64,000 bases of DNA. It comes from a virus. The DNA is taken from IMG/VR virus record IMGVR_UViG_3300044701_003423; one strand, written 5' to 3'. Under the pieces are notes generated by a model, which saw nothing but the letters and a program-made list of their open reading frames with translations, was not told the origin of the DNA and ran no database searches. Positions 53,785-62,417 of this stretch are shown one piece after another (the stretch's first letter is position 1; each line of letters begins with the position of its first letter). Made by a program: the position numbers and the translations under genes.

Positions 53785-55389
53785 TTTCTTAGCCTCAACC
53801 AACTTTTTGAGTTTATTCGTCTTTTGTCTCAACAACCATACCGAAAACAACGACAATGAAGAGTTGTCTCCAACGGGGATATAGAGGTTTTCTTTAATAT
53901 CTTCTGGCAGTACATGCGGCAACCATGCAAACTTCTGGGCTTCTTTGTCTGGGTCATTGGCGGCTGATGGTTTGACTTCTGAGTTTACTTTATAAAGATA
54001 AACGTGAATGTCTTTATTTTGAAAAGTCTTCTTGTTTCCAAGAAGAATCATTTCATCTGGGTTAGCTCTGATGCCAGCCTCTTCCCATAGCTCTCTAACA
54101 GCTCCCTCAAGGTGAGTTTCTGTGTCATTTAAATGACCACCGGGGAATGTCCACTTGTTATTGTCGCGGCGCTGGAGCATCAACATCTTGTCGTCGGTAG
54201 CAACAACAACAGAAGATACACGAGAGAAGTCTTCGGATTTTTTCATTTTGTCCTGTTCCATATCTTCTTCAAACAACTCTTTAAAATGATTAAACATGTC
54301 TCTTAAGGTACGGATAGGTTTATGAACTTTCAATTTATTAGGGTTCATTACGAATAAAGTATGTCCAGAACTATTAGCATTTTTTAAAATACCTTTGTCT
54401 TCTTTAAATTTGACGCTATCGTATCCATGATTGGTTAAACTTTTAACAAAATCAGGGTCATCTAGTAAAACAACCATGTCTTTACCTCTAATAAAATGAG
54501 AGCGTAACAGCCCATCATATTGCTGTAGTTTTTTAAGACCTAATTTTTTTATCGCTGTTGGTATCTTAACTTTTGGTTCTGTCAGGTCTAAGCAGTTTCC
54601 TTTATTTACTTTGACCGATAATACTTCATAATTATTAGAATTGTTAGTATGATGAGACGCTCGGTCAGAGCCATAATAGTGCGCTAATCTTTTGTCATTG
54701 CTGAAATAGTTTCCTAAATTTTGCACCTTATGCACAAAACCTAAGAATCCGGCCCTACCTCCTTCTGTATTCTTAAATCCACCTTCTTTAATTTCATTAA
54801 AAAAAGGAGTTCCGTGATAGTAAAGTTCTTCATTTGAAGAAAGTGGGGGATTTTTATTATACTCTTCTTGATAATTTATTATTTCTTTTTTGGTTGTTTC
54901 TGGCAATTTTTTTACGGATTGAGTAAAGTCATCAAAATTATCAATATTTTTAATGTGTGCAAAGCTTGGCGATATTTTATTTGTGTTTTTTTCTAAGTCT
55001 TCAGTCTTACTCATATCTTCTTCAGATAATTCTTTGGATACATTGTAGCCATAGCTGTGAGCCTTTTCAATTGCATCGCTAAAGCTATCTGCCTCTGTGT
55101 GCCCTGAAGGCTTGCCCTTAACAAAGTGAGTGACACGCCATTGGTTGGGTTTGGATGGGTCTAAAGACACAAAACCATGACGGCCAGAGCCGTTCTTACC
55201 GCCAAACAACATTGGGCGTGGCTCTTGAGAAGCGACTTTATGAACTGCAGCAAGATTTGCTTTGGCTTGCTGAATAAGAGGGGCAAGAGGGTCGGAGGAT
55301 TTTTTGATAGGTTCGGCGCTATGTGGCTTGTACCATTCAAGCCCATGCTCTTTTGCAACTTCGTCAATAATTTCAAGAAGTTTTTTCAT
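53776..55389 (-). CDS. two-domain protein: ART-like module plus C-terminal Nudix hydrolase
   Basis: Nudix box GGHLNDTETHLEGAVRELWEEAGI. The central region YYHGTPFF...GNYFSND...GYDSVKF...TLFVMNPNKLKV resembles the ADP-ribosyltransferase-like domains seen in phage polyvalent proteins (tentative). Confidence 0.6.
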   Translation of the reverse strand: MKKLLEIIDEVAKEHGLEWYKPHSAEPIKKSSDPLAPLIQQAKANLAAVHKVASQEPRPMLFGGKNGSGRHGFVSLDPSKPNQWRVTHFVKGKPSGHTEADSFSDAIEKAHSYGYNVSKELSEEDMSKTEDLEKNTNKISPSFAHIKNIDNFDDFTQSVKKLPETTKKEIINYQEEYNKNPPLSSNEELYYHGTPFFNEIKEGGFKNTEGGRAGFLGFVHKVQNLGNYFSNDKRLAHYYGSDRASHHTNNSNNYEVLSVKVNKGNCLDLTEPKVKIPTAIKKLGLKKLQQYDGLLRSHFIRGKDMVVLLDDPDFVKSLTNHGYDSVKFKEDKGILKNANSSGHTLFVMNPNKLKVHKPIRTLRDMFNHFKELFEEDMEQDKMKKSEDFSRVSSVVVATDDKMLMLQRRDNNKWTFPGGHLNDTETHLEGAVRELWEEAGIRANPDEMILLGNKKTFQNKDIHVYLYKVNSEVKPSAANDPDKEAQKFAWLPHVLPEDIKENLYIPVGDNSSLSLFSVWLLRQKTNKLKKLVEAKKSV

Positions 55390-55793
55390 CTGCAGTCCTG
55401 CTCTTTAACAATCGTCCAATCGCCGTCAATCAGTAATAGCTCTGTTATTTTAACTGGCTCGTTTGGCTTATCAAACAAATAGAGAGAGTTGTCTTTAAGG
55501 TGATAGTAGGTTTCTTGGTCGCCTACTGTGTGTCTTAAATAACAAGTTTTTGTTATGTTATTAAAATCATTAACTATATTTTCATTTGTAGGAGGAGTCA
55601 AAGAAGTTATCATAAAGTCAAAATCAACCCTACAGACATTCCACAAACACTCAGTAAGCATCTCGGCAAAGAGCATAGAAGGATTGGGGTTTATCTTAAT
55701 ATTAAGAAAAGAGTCTTTTAAGACGCCGTCTTCTATACAAAAACTATAATCATTTTTATATGTTAGACATCTTAAAAAACTCTTCACAATCAC
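55386..55793 (-). CDS. hypothetical protein
   Basis: 135-aa ORF with ATGA overlaps on both sides. Confidence 0.5.
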   Translation of the reverse strand: MIVKSFLRCLTYKNDYSFCIEDGVLKDSFLNIKINPNPSMLFAEMLTECLWNVCRVDFDFMITSLTPPTNENIVNDFNNITKTCYLRHTVGDQETYYHLKDNSLYLFDKPNEPVKITELLLIDGDWTIVKEQDCR

Positions 55794-58216
55794 ACCTCTT
55801 TAGGTAAATCTGATAGCTGAGACACTCTCTTGCCTGTCTGTAGAATAGCATTCCAAGTTCTGCCTAAACGCTGAATGTCTTTTCTACGCTTCTCTATATC
55901 GAAATTATTGCGATAAAGCTTTAGGTGTTCAATATAATGATTTCTCATTTCTCTGTCATGCAAAATTGAGTGAATGAACGGAATGAGTTCCCTATGATGG
56001 CTGCTTACAGGGTAACCAAAGGTCATGAGCATGTGCTTTAAGACAGGCACATCGTCTTGGTGGATAAGGGTGTTCATCCGATGATAAACTTCATCCGTTG
56101 AGGGAGCCTTGAGGCGCTTTGCCACCTTATCAACCATTGCATGAATGGCTTCATGAGCCTTTACATAATAATCTGAATCCAAAGCAAACGCCTTCTCTTG
56201 CTTGGGATGGTAGATGCCCATGGTTCCTTGCTGTATTTGGTTTTTAATGCTTGTGATGGCTCGGTACTGTTCTTCAGCAGGGATGCCCTGAACCATTGTG
56301 TGTAAGAACTGCTCTTGAGCAGGTTTGACTTCATATAGCCCGCCGTGCATCGGGTGAGCCTTTTCGTCTTTAGGGATTTGCTTTACGTTTTCTTCTGGAC
56401 GAGTATCTTTAGGAAGAACTTTAGGAAATGTCAAAGTTCCGCGAGTTTTCTCTAAATTTTGAGACTTAGATGAGTTTTGTTTATGAACACTTTCATAAAG
56501 ATTTCTTAGCTCTTCTTCATTTTGAGGCATTTTTTTGCGTTGTTTTTGATTGTATTTAATGGCTTCATCAACCGGCATTACTTTTATAGTTTTAGCTTTT
56601 TGCGAATTTTTTACATAAAATTCATTACCAAAACCCCGATTTACCTGTTTGTAGTCATCTGGGTGTACATCGGACATATCTATAAGAGCAGCATAAGGTC
56701 GATTTTTTTTGCCATAAAAATCAACCCAATGTTCAAGATGCGAGGTCATCATTAACGCGCCAGTATCTTTTTTGCCCATCCCAAGGGAAGTCATATCTCG
56801 TGGCCCAGTTTTTGGGTCTATTTGAAAATTAGGGTTATCAGTTACATGCCAGTATGTTCCATGTTTTATTTCGTTTAAAAATGCTTTTTTAAAATCATTA
56901 AAATTATTGTACTTTGCCGCCTCAGCATGAAGCCCCTTTAAAGGCTTTGGCGATTTTTTATTTAATTCCTGTGCTTTGTCTAAATCTTCATTCCACACAA
57001 TAGGGGGTCTTTTCTTGTCTCCTTCCAAAGTGTATCTAGGTTCACCAAAAGCCGTTTTAATTTTGAGCTGCCTACCGCCAGCACGACGCCACGCCTTGAT
57101 AGCGTCAACGGACGTTGAGTTTCTGTCGCTGTCTAAACCACCATAGTGTACAGCCAAAGTCTTATAAACTGCAGCTCCAATCCCTTTGCCACGGTGAGGC
57201 TTGTCTACTCCTGCCCAACTGACAAACGGGCGGCCCCTGCGTCCCTCATCTGTACAAATCATAAATGAACCTGCTCTTTGGCCATTATGGCCAATACTCC
57301 AGATGTCATAGCCATTAGATGAAGTTTCGTGGTGCAGCGAATATCCATCTTTTAATGGATATGCGGTCATGCCCGCTTCGTCTTCGGCTTTCAAAAGCTT
57401 AGAAGCAACTTCAGTCTTACCCACAATGTCTTTAGAAGACCGGGGTCTTTGAGCTGCAGACTTTCTTGCATCAGTTTGTCTTCTTCCAAGATTGCTGGAA
57501 GGTCTGGGTCTAATTGATTTTCCAAATTTTGTTCCATAACTGCCTCCATTTGGACTTTTCGGATAAATTCTTTCAGACCTTAAGTCTTTTTTAGCAGCGT
57601 TGTAAATCCAACGAGTTGCAATGTCGTCTGCCTTTTGAGACTTGGAGTGACGAGGCGCATAAACTTCAAACCCTTCTGGGTGGTCTTTTATCTCATATCC
57701 ATCAGAGCCAGTCAATGCACTAATAAGATGCCTTACGCGCATTTCTGAATGATCTTTTGGCTTGGTTGGGTCTGTGTTGGCAGACATGACGTGTCTGTCT
57801 GGATTGTTTATCAAATCATTAGCAAAACTTCTAACTGCTGAAACCGTCGGTTTTTGTAAAGACGCTAGTCTATTTGGGAGTTGCACATTGTTTCTGCCGG
57901 CAATCTTTTGACCGCCCATAAGTTGTATCAAGTTTCTGTCGTGAATTCTACTGAGTTCTGGATGGTACGACCAAACATGCTTACCGTTTCTTGCTTGATG
58001 TACGATAAGATGACGCAACTCTGGATGAGGAGTGCCTACACGGTCAGTTGATTCAGGGTAGTGCGTGCCGTTTCTAAAGATGACTTTTTGTAGTTCTTCG
58101 TGCTCAGCGGTCAGTGCTTTTAAAGACCTTGCCAATGCTAGTTTATGATTAAACAACTCTTGCAGCTCACGTTGGTATTCTTCGGTGTTGCTACGATGAA
58201 AGTGTCTTAAATTCAT
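55790..58216 (-). CDS. large multidomain (polyvalent-type) protein with GNAT acetyltransferase domain
   Basis: About 808 aa from the ATG at 58216 (ATGA overlap with the upstream stop). GNAT motif A HRGKGIGAAVYKTL. A second module, YWHVTDNPNFQIDP...ALMMTSH...NEFYV, resembles the ART-like region of 53776..55389. Confidence 0.55.
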   Translation of the reverse strand: MNLRHFHRSNTEEYQRELQELFNHKLALARSLKALTAEHEELQKVIFRNGTHYPESTDRVGTPHPELRHLIVHQARNGKHVWSYHPELSRIHDRNLIQLMGGQKIAGRNNVQLPNRLASLQKPTVSAVRSFANDLINNPDRHVMSANTDPTKPKDHSEMRVRHLISALTGSDGYEIKDHPEGFEVYAPRHSKSQKADDIATRWIYNAAKKDLRSERIYPKSPNGGSYGTKFGKSIRPRPSSNLGRRQTDARKSAAQRPRSSKDIVGKTEVASKLLKAEDEAGMTAYPLKDGYSLHHETSSNGYDIWSIGHNGQRAGSFMICTDEGRRGRPFVSWAGVDKPHRGKGIGAAVYKTLAVHYGGLDSDRNSTSVDAIKAWRRAGGRQLKIKTAFGEPRYTLEGDKKRPPIVWNEDLDKAQELNKKSPKPLKGLHAEAAKYNNFNDFKKAFLNEIKHGTYWHVTDNPNFQIDPKTGPRDMTSLGMGKKDTGALMMTSHLEHWVDFYGKKNRPYAALIDMSDVHPDDYKQVNRGFGNEFYVKNSQKAKTIKVMPVDEAIKYNQKQRKKMPQNEEELRNLYESVHKQNSSKSQNLEKTRGTLTFPKVLPKDTRPEENVKQIPKDEKAHPMHGGLYEVKPAQEQFLHTMVQGIPAEEQYRAITSIKNQIQQGTMGIYHPKQEKAFALDSDYYVKAHEAIHAMVDKVAKRLKAPSTDEVYHRMNTLIHQDDVPVLKHMLMTFGYPVSSHHRELIPFIHSILHDREMRNHYIEHLKLYRNNFDIEKRRKDIQRLGRTWNAILQTGKRVSQLSDLPKEV

Positions 58217-61200
58217 GAATGCCAATCCTTATTGATGATTTCGTCTGGCATCAATCCTGCCTTTTGCGGCGCATAAGCCGAACCCGGTTTAGCTCTGTTT
58301 AAGTGGCCAATTTGACTTGAAAAATTAACATAATTATTTTGACCCATCGTCTCTGTAGCCAATGCTTTTTGAGCCAAGGGGCTGTAGGTCTTTTTGTGTT
58401 CCAAGAATGATTCGTGTTCGCCCTTCGGCCCAAATCCATTTTTTAATTTATTATGGACGCTGTCATGTACTACCCGGAAAACGTCGTTAGCTAGCATTGG
58501 CTTACCTTCTGGGTCTTTAAATTCTGTTTCCCGCAACATTGGGTGATCGTGAGGAATAGAATCCTCTGAACCAAACCCCAACGATGTTGGATAGTACCAC
58601 ATGTGATTATTGTTTGTCATGTCTGCATGTAGGTGTTTAGAAGTCGGATATGGATTATCCATATTAGGCTGTATCTTAGAAATTTTTAGTCCAGACGCCA
58701 ACAAATCTTTATACTGCTGCTTAGTCTCATTTATAAGAGCATCGTAAGAAGCCTTAACTTCTGGGTGACTTGGGTCGTGCTTCATGTTGTGGTAAGCGTC
58801 GGCGATCATTCTGCCGTGCTCTGGATTAAGTTTGACTACCGGAGCGTCGGCTTTTGTAAGTCTCTCGTATTCAGCAGTGAGCGAGCCAAAAGACTTTCGT
58901 AGTCTTTTTCTTTTGTAATTAAAAACCGGAACGTTTTCCCCTAAAGCATGCGCTAAATGTACTCTACCAAACCCGTCAACCAGCTCGCCATTAATTGTAA
59001 TAGGCGGAGATAGTTCTTTTTTAGACTTTTTATCTATGATATGAGAAAAATCTCGTCCAGTTTGTTTAAACGCTTCAGCCATTTTGGCCGCCCATTCTTC
59101 TTTGGGATGTTTTAACAGCCACCCGACCTCTTGCTGCAACGCATGGGCGGGTAAAAGTTCGCTGGGTTTTTTAATGCTAGTATCGTAATCTTCTGAAATT
59201 TCTCCATACATTTCGCCACGTCTATTTGAAACTAAATTGTGATGGTCAATAGCATCGCTTATGTCATTGTATAGGTCGTCGGACTCGTCAGAATATCCAA
59301 AATTATTTATATAAGCATACGGGTCCGTAGCCTTTTTAAGTCTCTCGTATTCAGCAGTGAGTGCCTTGAGAGACTTTCTTAAGTTGGTCTTCCACGTTGG
59401 TTGGTCTTTTAAATCCTTGGTTTTTTGTGTCTGTATTTTGCCATAGCTGTCTGGAGTATAGTCTAGCTTAGGCGGTAGCTCTTGATAGCCAATCTTCATG
59501 TGTACAGGAAGTTCGTTGATGGTGTAGGGATAAGAAACCTTATCGTCAAAACTTGCATTTTCCTCTAATGGTTCTCTGGCTGAAGCCAAATCGTCATTAG
59601 TGGCATGTGCTTTGATGTGGCTTATTGCAAGTTTGTATAGAGGATGATTGACAACGTCATTCTTGAAGTTTTCTAAATTAAAACCAATCTCTTCAGGCCC
59701 TTGTGTTGCTGTACCCGGACTATAGACCGCATGTTTATCGTATATCTTAATTGTTTCTTCAGGCCCTATAAAAGCTCTTGCTGCCTGTTCAATTTCTCCA
59801 GCATCAAAATCTTCAATCGGTTTATTTGCTTCAACTTTTTTATGAAAGTCAATGTTATCTGAGAAGCCTCTAAGACTAAAATTGCCCACAGTATCTTGCC
59901 CTGCCAACTTGGCCTTGGGCATTGCCTGCCAGATATGTATATCTTTACCAACATTACCGTTGTTTCTTAAAAACTGCAGAAACCCTTCATGAATTATCTT
60001 TGATGGGTGCTGTCCTTTAAACAAAATGTCGTTCATTTTGTCTATTTTTTCTTTTGAAAACAGCTCTTCTAGTTTTTTCTTTTTAGGAGATTCTGGTTGT
60101 TTTTCTAAGTATTCTTTTATAGACCCATGCAGACTGCGTCCCAAGTCACTTTGAATTTCGTCTATGTGGATGTGCCCGTCTTTGCCCTTAGTATACCTAA
60201 CCCATCCTAACGTATTGTCTTTGACTGGATGGTCACTATTAAAAGAAAGCTCATGTGTCTTTGCAAAAGTGTCATAGACACCGGCATTCTTCATTTCATT
60301 AAGGAGGTCTTCATTGTGGTTAAGCTGAAACACATACTGTTTTTCGTTTGAGTGTACTTGAGCGCCCTTCCAACTCGTATGAGAGTAGTCGTAATTATGC
60401 TTGGGCATTGAGTCGATGTGCTTTTGGATAGCTTCTTTTGTATAGTTTCCTTTTGCGTCTTTTAAGTGTGTAATTTTTAAAGAATTTTCATTTAATCCAT
60501 GCTGCCCTAATTGTTTTGCACTAATAGAGCCGCCATTTGCTTCGGCAACGTCTCTTAGTTTTCTTAACATCTCTGTATTACTAGAAAAACTCAAAGGAGA
60601 GTCTTCTTTAGAAATACCACCAAGAGCGCCGTCTTTTTCAAGTTTGGCTTTTGCTGCCGAAGAAAGATGTGGGAGAATCTTTTGAGAAAGTTCTTGATTA
60701 GAAAATACATGTTTTCTTAAAAAAGCAGCATCCATATGAGGAACAATTTTGGCGAGTGTCTTGTCGTCAAACTTATTTGTTAAATGTTCTAGTTCTGCTT
60801 TTTGGCTTTCAACTCCCCAAGCCGAACCCCATTGCTTGTAAATACTTTGAATAGATGGCGCGTGACCAGACTCAATAACATGTCGTCTTACTTCGTTTAC
60901 AAAATTTTGACTTCCGTCTGTCCTAAAACGACGTGTATTTAAGATGTTATCTAACAAATCGTTTTCTTTGATTTTTCCTGTTTTGTCTTTAATTGAATGA
61001 GTTCCCTTGGCAATTTCAATCAAAACTTTTTGCGAAGCAGGGCTGTCTGGATGAATTACACTATTAATACTGTGGGCCAAGCTGCCCCTAATGGCGGCAG
61101 CAGCTTTAGGGTCGTTAGATAAATAGTTTTTATTATTATATCTTTCCAATAGCTTATTTAAAGCATGCTCTGTTACTTCTTCTGAAACATTGTTCAAAGC

Positions 61201-62181
61201 TAATTTGTGAAGACCGTAGTCAATCATATCTTGATGAATACCGGGGTTAGTCTTTGCATATTCATGCAGCCCTTCAAGAACTGCTAGTCCTTTATCGACT
61301 TTTTCTTTTGTATTCAAACCTTCTAAGTTATCAAGAACGCCTTTTTGGTTTGCAAGCCTTAAACGTACAGCGTGCTTAATATCTTCGGGGCTTAGAGATT
61401 TGTGAGTTAATACGTCTGAAGATGGAGAAAAGTTATTTTGAATATGGCTTAAAAGGTCTTCTTTAGGAGTGTCTGGATGAGAAAGAACATAATTACTCAG
61501 CACTTTACCAACATAAGACGTATCGTCGCCATAATAACGCTTACCGTGAAGTTCTTTTAGTTTGTCTAATGATATTGGATGTTCTGTAAAGTCTTTTGTT
61601 TTTTCTTTAATAGCTGCATAAGCACCCCATGGCGTGTAGTCTTTGTCGAATAGCGCCTCTAGTGGTGCAAACTTAGCAATTTCGCTAATAGCACCAGCTT
61701 TAGCTGTTCTGGCCGGCGACTCAGATAGCTCTGGAGAGTCTTTAAGTTTTTCCATAATCTTCTTGGCATTTTCAGGACTCATGTCTTTGATATGTTTTAG
61801 TGCAGAGAAAGAAAGAGGAGACTCTTTAAGTTTATTTGTGTCAACATCGTATTCGCCACTTGACGTTTTTGTCAGCCAGTTGCGGGGAGATGTTTCAAGC
61901 TCCCTCTGAGCATTGTCAGCAAGTGAAGATTTACTCCATGCCATGTCTAGCTTTTCTGGGTACTTAGGGTCATGGTAGGTATTAAGAAGAGCTTTTTGCA
62001 TAGCGTTTTTAATATAAGAGTCTAATTGTTCTTTTTCGCTTGGGCTAGAATTGACTCTCTTTTTCTGAATTCTTTGAATAATATCTTTATTTAGTAAGTC
62101 GTCAGAAGTTAAGTCTTTGAATTCTTCTGACTTTTTAAGTCTTTCGTATTCATTTGTTAATTGTTTGAATGATTTGAGCAC
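58213..62181 (-). CDS. giant multidomain (polyvalent-type) protein with ParB-like nuclease domain
   Basis: I chose the GTG at 62181, 9 nt after GGAGG (the track start TTG 62235 has no SD). About 1322 aa. PPITINGELVDGFGRVHLAHALGENVPV is a ParB/Srx-type DGxxR motif. It also contains an IDEIQSD block and a conserved C-terminal FRVVHDSVH...GEHESF module of unknown function. Confidence 0.6.
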   Translation of the reverse strand: MLKSFKQLTNEYERLKKSEEFKDLTSDDLLNKDIIQRIQKKRVNSSPSEKEQLDSYIKNAMQKALLNTYHDPKYPEKLDMAWSKSSLADNAQRELETSPRNWLTKTSSGEYDVDTNKLKESPLSFSALKHIKDMSPENAKKIMEKLKDSPELSESPARTAKAGAISEIAKFAPLEALFDKDYTPWGAYAAIKEKTKDFTEHPISLDKLKELHGKRYYGDDTSYVGKVLSNYVLSHPDTPKEDLLSHIQNNFSPSSDVLTHKSLSPEDIKHAVRLRLANQKGVLDNLEGLNTKEKVDKGLAVLEGLHEYAKTNPGIHQDMIDYGLHKLALNNVSEEVTEHALNKLLERYNNKNYLSNDPKAAAAIRGSLAHSINSVIHPDSPASQKVLIEIAKGTHSIKDKTGKIKENDLLDNILNTRRFRTDGSQNFVNEVRRHVIESGHAPSIQSIYKQWGSAWGVESQKAELEHLTNKFDDKTLAKIVPHMDAAFLRKHVFSNQELSQKILPHLSSAAKAKLEKDGALGGISKEDSPLSFSSNTEMLRKLRDVAEANGGSISAKQLGQHGLNENSLKITHLKDAKGNYTKEAIQKHIDSMPKHNYDYSHTSWKGAQVHSNEKQYVFQLNHNEDLLNEMKNAGVYDTFAKTHELSFNSDHPVKDNTLGWVRYTKGKDGHIHIDEIQSDLGRSLHGSIKEYLEKQPESPKKKKLEELFSKEKIDKMNDILFKGQHPSKIIHEGFLQFLRNNGNVGKDIHIWQAMPKAKLAGQDTVGNFSLRGFSDNIDFHKKVEANKPIEDFDAGEIEQAARAFIGPEETIKIYDKHAVYSPGTATQGPEEIGFNLENFKNDVVNHPLYKLAISHIKAHATNDDLASAREPLEENASFDDKVSYPYTINELPVHMKIGYQELPPKLDYTPDSYGKIQTQKTKDLKDQPTWKTNLRKSLKALTAEYERLKKATDPYAYINNFGYSDESDDLYNDISDAIDHHNLVSNRRGEMYGEISEDYDTSIKKPSELLPAHALQQEVGWLLKHPKEEWAAKMAEAFKQTGRDFSHIIDKKSKKELSPPITINGELVDGFGRVHLAHALGENVPVFNYKRKRLRKSFGSLTAEYERLTKADAPVVKLNPEHGRMIADAYHNMKHDPSHPEVKASYDALINETKQQYKDLLASGLKISKIQPNMDNPYPTSKHLHADMTNNNHMWYYPTSLGFGSEDSIPHDHPMLRETEFKDPEGKPMLANDVFRVVHDSVHNKLKNGFGPKGEHESFLEHKKTYSPLAQKALATETMGQNNYVNFSSQIGHLNRAKPGSAYAPQKAGLMPDEIINKDWHS

Positions 62182-62417
62182 AGCCTTAAACCTCCATGAC
62201 TTAAGGCATTTTACTATTATTGACGGCAAAATCAATAATTTTCAAGGCCACCGTAACGGTCGCAGTCGTCGCTAATAAATATGTCTTTATAAGAGACATA
62301 TTGTCAGATTTTGGAAAGTCTTGAGTTATTTTTATGAGTTTATTTTTTCTTCTGTGAATTACAGTAGATGTAACTTGTAGGACAAAAGATAAATCCCTCA
62401 AAAGAGGGGCCTTAATC

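Noticed and set aside
58213-62235. TTG start at 62235 for the giant protein
   Set aside because: There is no SD upstream of it. GGAGG lies 9 nt before the GTG at 62181, which makes the protein begin exactly at the recurrent KSFKQLTNEYERLKK motif.
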